Below, in pieces: positions 60,717 to 64,000 of a DNA stretch of 64,000 nt. The DNA is taken from the NCBI RefSeq assembly GCF_006345805.1, contig NC_043025.1:12958001-13022000 (forward strand). Direction: 5' to 3'. The position numbers and the translations under genes were made by a program. Origin of the DNA: Octopus sinensis. Its lineage: Eukaryota. The notes beneath the pieces were generated by a model. The model had not been told where the DNA came from and did not search any database. It worked only from the letters and a program-made list of their open reading frames with translations. How positions within the stretch are numbered: position 1 is the first letter of the stretch; the number at the start of each line of letters is the position of its first letter.

Positions 60717-62489
60717 CCTAAGTTAAATCGAGACTATTTAAACACACTGCTTCTTGATGTGACATTATTTCCCCTTGCGTCTGGTTCCCTCAATCCACAT
60801 TACCCGCTTCATTTCTTCACGTGACACCATCCCAGGTCTAAAGATCACTGCTCCTCTCTTCTTGGGTGGCCAATGTTCCCTTTGTTATCTTCGCAGGGTC
60901 ACAGGGCTGGTCTCTCCCTCAGCTTTTTCATCAGTGGAGCTAACCACCCTCCAAACACAAGATATGTGAACTGGCATGCATTATGGGGCTTCACCCATTC
61001 TTGCCCTCTTATCTGAACAGATTTAACCCCTTCTAAATCTGACTGCTGTGGGGTCAAACATGGATGTCTCCATTTATACTGGAATGCTTCAGAGGGCAGA
61101 TTCATCCCCACTAAGTTATGGCTTTGGTTGTGCGATGGTGTCATTCCACAATTCTATTTCTACCGGGTCTGTATGCAGCTCTTAAGAAATCTTCACCGGA
61201 ATCTAACATTGTCTTTCCAGTCAATTGAAGACAAGTTGATGGCTTCATTATCATGAACAATGCATACTTTTGTAATAGAATCTGCATCACGTCATCACCA
61301 ATTATGTAGAAGATAAAACAAAAAAATACTTCCCTAGCCACACCTTCTGCACTGGACAGCCCAGCAAAGAAAAGAACTGTTCAAACACTCTGCTTCTTAA
61401 TGTGACACCATTTCCCCTTCCTTTTGGTCCCCTCATTTTATTTAATTCTACTCTTATCCAATCACAGCATATGTAAAGCTGTATAACCATTTGCATGTCT
61501 CTCGCTGACATCTCTCCTCCTTCTTCTATCAATATCTCTATTAGTTCTATGTTACCTTGCTAACAAGATGTCACCATGAGAGTTTGGCCGTTTGAATTTA
61601 TTTGGTTGATTTTATCAGACGGTAATTTGTTTTTTCATTCGTCGGTTACAAATTCGCCTATCAAGATATGTTGTACTTTGAGTATGTTCTCAAAGATTCT
61701 TAAAGAAGTTGCCACTGTATGAAATTTGTTCCATTTCATGTTTTGAAATTTGTTATAGAATTTGGTAGCTAGAATTTCCATCTTAGACGATTCTTTCTTT
61801 GGTGTCATTCCACAATTCTATTTCTACTGGGTCTGTATGCAGCTCTTAAAGAAATCTCCACCGGAATCTAACATCGTCTTTATTAGTTCTATGTTACCTT
61901 GCTAACAAGAGGTCACCATGAGAGTTTGACCATTTGAAGTTGTTTCGTTGATTTCTTTAGGATGTAATTTGTTTTTTCATTCTTTTGATGAAATCTGACT
62001 AAGCTCCTGGTCAGAAAGGAATACTTTCCTAGCCACACCTTCTGCACTGGACAGCCCAGCAAAGAGACTGTTTAAACACACTGCTTCTTCGTGTGACATC
62101 ATTTCCCCTTGCGTCTGGTTCCCTCAATCCACATTACCCGCTTCATTTCTTCACGTGACACCATCCCAGGTCTAAAGATCACTGCTCCTCTCTTCTTGGG
62201 TGGCCAATGTTCCCTTTGTTATCTTCGCAGGGTCACAGGGCTGGTCTCTCCCTCAACTTTTTCATCAGTGGAGCTAACCACCCTCCAAACACAAGATATG
62301 TGAACTGGCATGCATTATGGGGCTTCACCCAATCTTGCCCTCTTATCTGAACAGATTTAACCCCTTCTACATCTGACTGCTGTGGGGTCAAACATGGATG
62401 TCTCCATTTATACTGGAATGCTTCAGAGGGCAGATTCATCCCCACTAAGTCATGGGTGTGGTTGTGCGATGGTGTCATTCCACAATTCT

Positions 62490-63905
62490 ATTATATTTTA
62501 TAAGAGTGATTTCTCTCTGGCGTTGCACACGATGGGGAACCTTGTCTTTTGCGCACTGGTCCCATTATGAATATACTTGTTAAGATTTGGCTTTATATAT
62601 TTTCAGTGGCAATGATCAATGGTGTTGGTGCAAGCTATTATATAGGCACTCCATAAATATGTTAGATGTATGAGGTCACGTAATCTTATTTTACAGTTTT
62701 CCAGGTACGATTTCTTCCTAATAGAAACTTTCTCACCTTTGTGTGTTGTGCAGCAAAATATTTTTTCTTTGTTGTATTTTATAAGAGTGATTTCTCTCTG
62801 GCATTGCACACGATGGGGAGAAACCTCATTCAGAACTTTCTTTTCCTTCAGGAAGGAATATGTCGCATCGAAGTCTTGGACGATACTATACAAATCACAC
62901 AACATATTATCTAATAATAATATTTTTTGAACAAAGCAAATAATTTTTTAAACTTAAATCATAATTTTGTTTTGTCATGTCATCATCCGCATAGGCAGAA
63001 ACAGACTTATGGGGACACCAGTTGAATTTCATTGCCACTTTTCTTCATGGTTGGGCCGTTGTGGCTTTCCTTGCATTTCCGTGTATTGTTGCTTGATCAG
63101 TCGTGCATCCCGTGGTGTGGGTAACACTGCTAGCTTTGTTCTTTTTTCCTGCGGCTCTTCTTTCGCAATCCCTTTTAAGGTGGGCTTCACTGCCGCATAT
63201 ATAGTAGCGTGGTCCTCTTCCCTCGACCACTACATACAATTTATGGTCTTCAGAAAGATGTATATGGGTGGGTATTTTATTTATGCAGTCTTGATTAATG
63301 TGGATAAGAAAGAATCTCCAGTCTCTTTCCCAGCCAGTTTTTCTGTTCTGAAACTGCAATTTGTAGGATATTCGCAGCTTGCAATAAAAACCCATGAATT
63401 CTTTTGGGAGTAGGGCGAAAAGCCTGCATGAATTGATATCTAGCAACATATTGCTTTAAGAAACACGTTTTAATTCCAGGCCTTATCACATTCCTTTTTA
63501 AGCTGCCCCAAAATCGTTCTATTGTTTGTGTATGAATAGATGGGTTTGCTGGGGCTACAAAGTTCTGGCTATGATTTATTTGAAAATGCGTGTAACCTAA
63601 ACTAGGTGGCCTATTATATACAGGCCAACAATCGCTATATACAGTTTAACCTTGATGAATGTGGCGTCTGATTAATGGAATCAGTGAGGAAGAATCATGT
63701 CTTGGAATTTCACGACAATGGGTAACAATACAAGCTTTGTTCTTTTTTCCTGCGGCTCTTCTTTTGCAATCCCTTTTAGGATGTGCTTCACTGCCGCATA
63801 TATAGCAGTGTGGTCCTTTTCCCTCGACCACTACATACAATTTGTGGTCTTCCGAAAGATGTATATGGGTGGGTATTTTATTTATGCAGTCTTGATTAAT
63901 TCATT
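62490..63905 (-). mobile_element. Decayed ORF1 of an older Tx1-like LINE, with internal duplications
   Basis: ORF 63045-63449 (INKIPTHIHLSEDHKLYVVVEGRGPRYYICGSEAHLKRDC) aligns by eye to ORF1 of the 57-kb element (ISKIPDFVSLPDGTRLNVAVEGRKPKCFLCSSESHLKRDC); the segment is duplicated at 63640-63905. Confidence 0.7.
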
Positions 63906-64000
63906 TACCTGACACAGGTATGGGTTCCATCTCATAATGAAACAACTCTATCTTCACAGCCAGGTGTAAACAACTGTTGCCTTTGTCAGCAGAACCTTTT

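Overview
Eukaryotic, AT-rich, microsatellite- and repeat-dense genomic DNA. The SINE and Helitron-like repeat families and the protein sequences suggest a coleoid cephalopod, most likely Octopus (inference). Two plus-strand spliced genes were reconstructed by hand. (1) UBE2G1-like E2 enzyme: coding exons 2-5 at 9230-15089, exon 1 not found in the window, and a probable 3'-UTR intron with a long terminal exon to about 18.8 kb. (2) A complete 13-exon FKBP6/Shutdown piRNA co-chaperone at 29362-47233 (468 aa: FKBP domain, TPRs and a C-terminal degenerate R3H-like module). The rest is mobile DNA: a near full-length Tx1/L1-clade LINE (52990-58841, minus), RTE fragments (one 5'-inverted), non-autonomous Helitrons, MITEs, at least five SINE-like families and many tandem repeats. 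The most notable unannotated signal is a dispersed set of type I hammerhead ribozyme motifs with palindromic stem III and mostly long, sequence-variable stem II hairpins. Four well-formed minus-strand copies lie at about 11.8, 51.9, 52.5 and 60.7 kb, plus degenerate copies, in Penelope-like AT-rich remnants. Also notable are a cluster of near-perfect fold-back hairpins and a 3' tail shared between the Tx1 LINE and a tandemly arrayed SINE. A 100-N assembly gap lies at 19908-20007. All alignments were made by eye and no database search was run.
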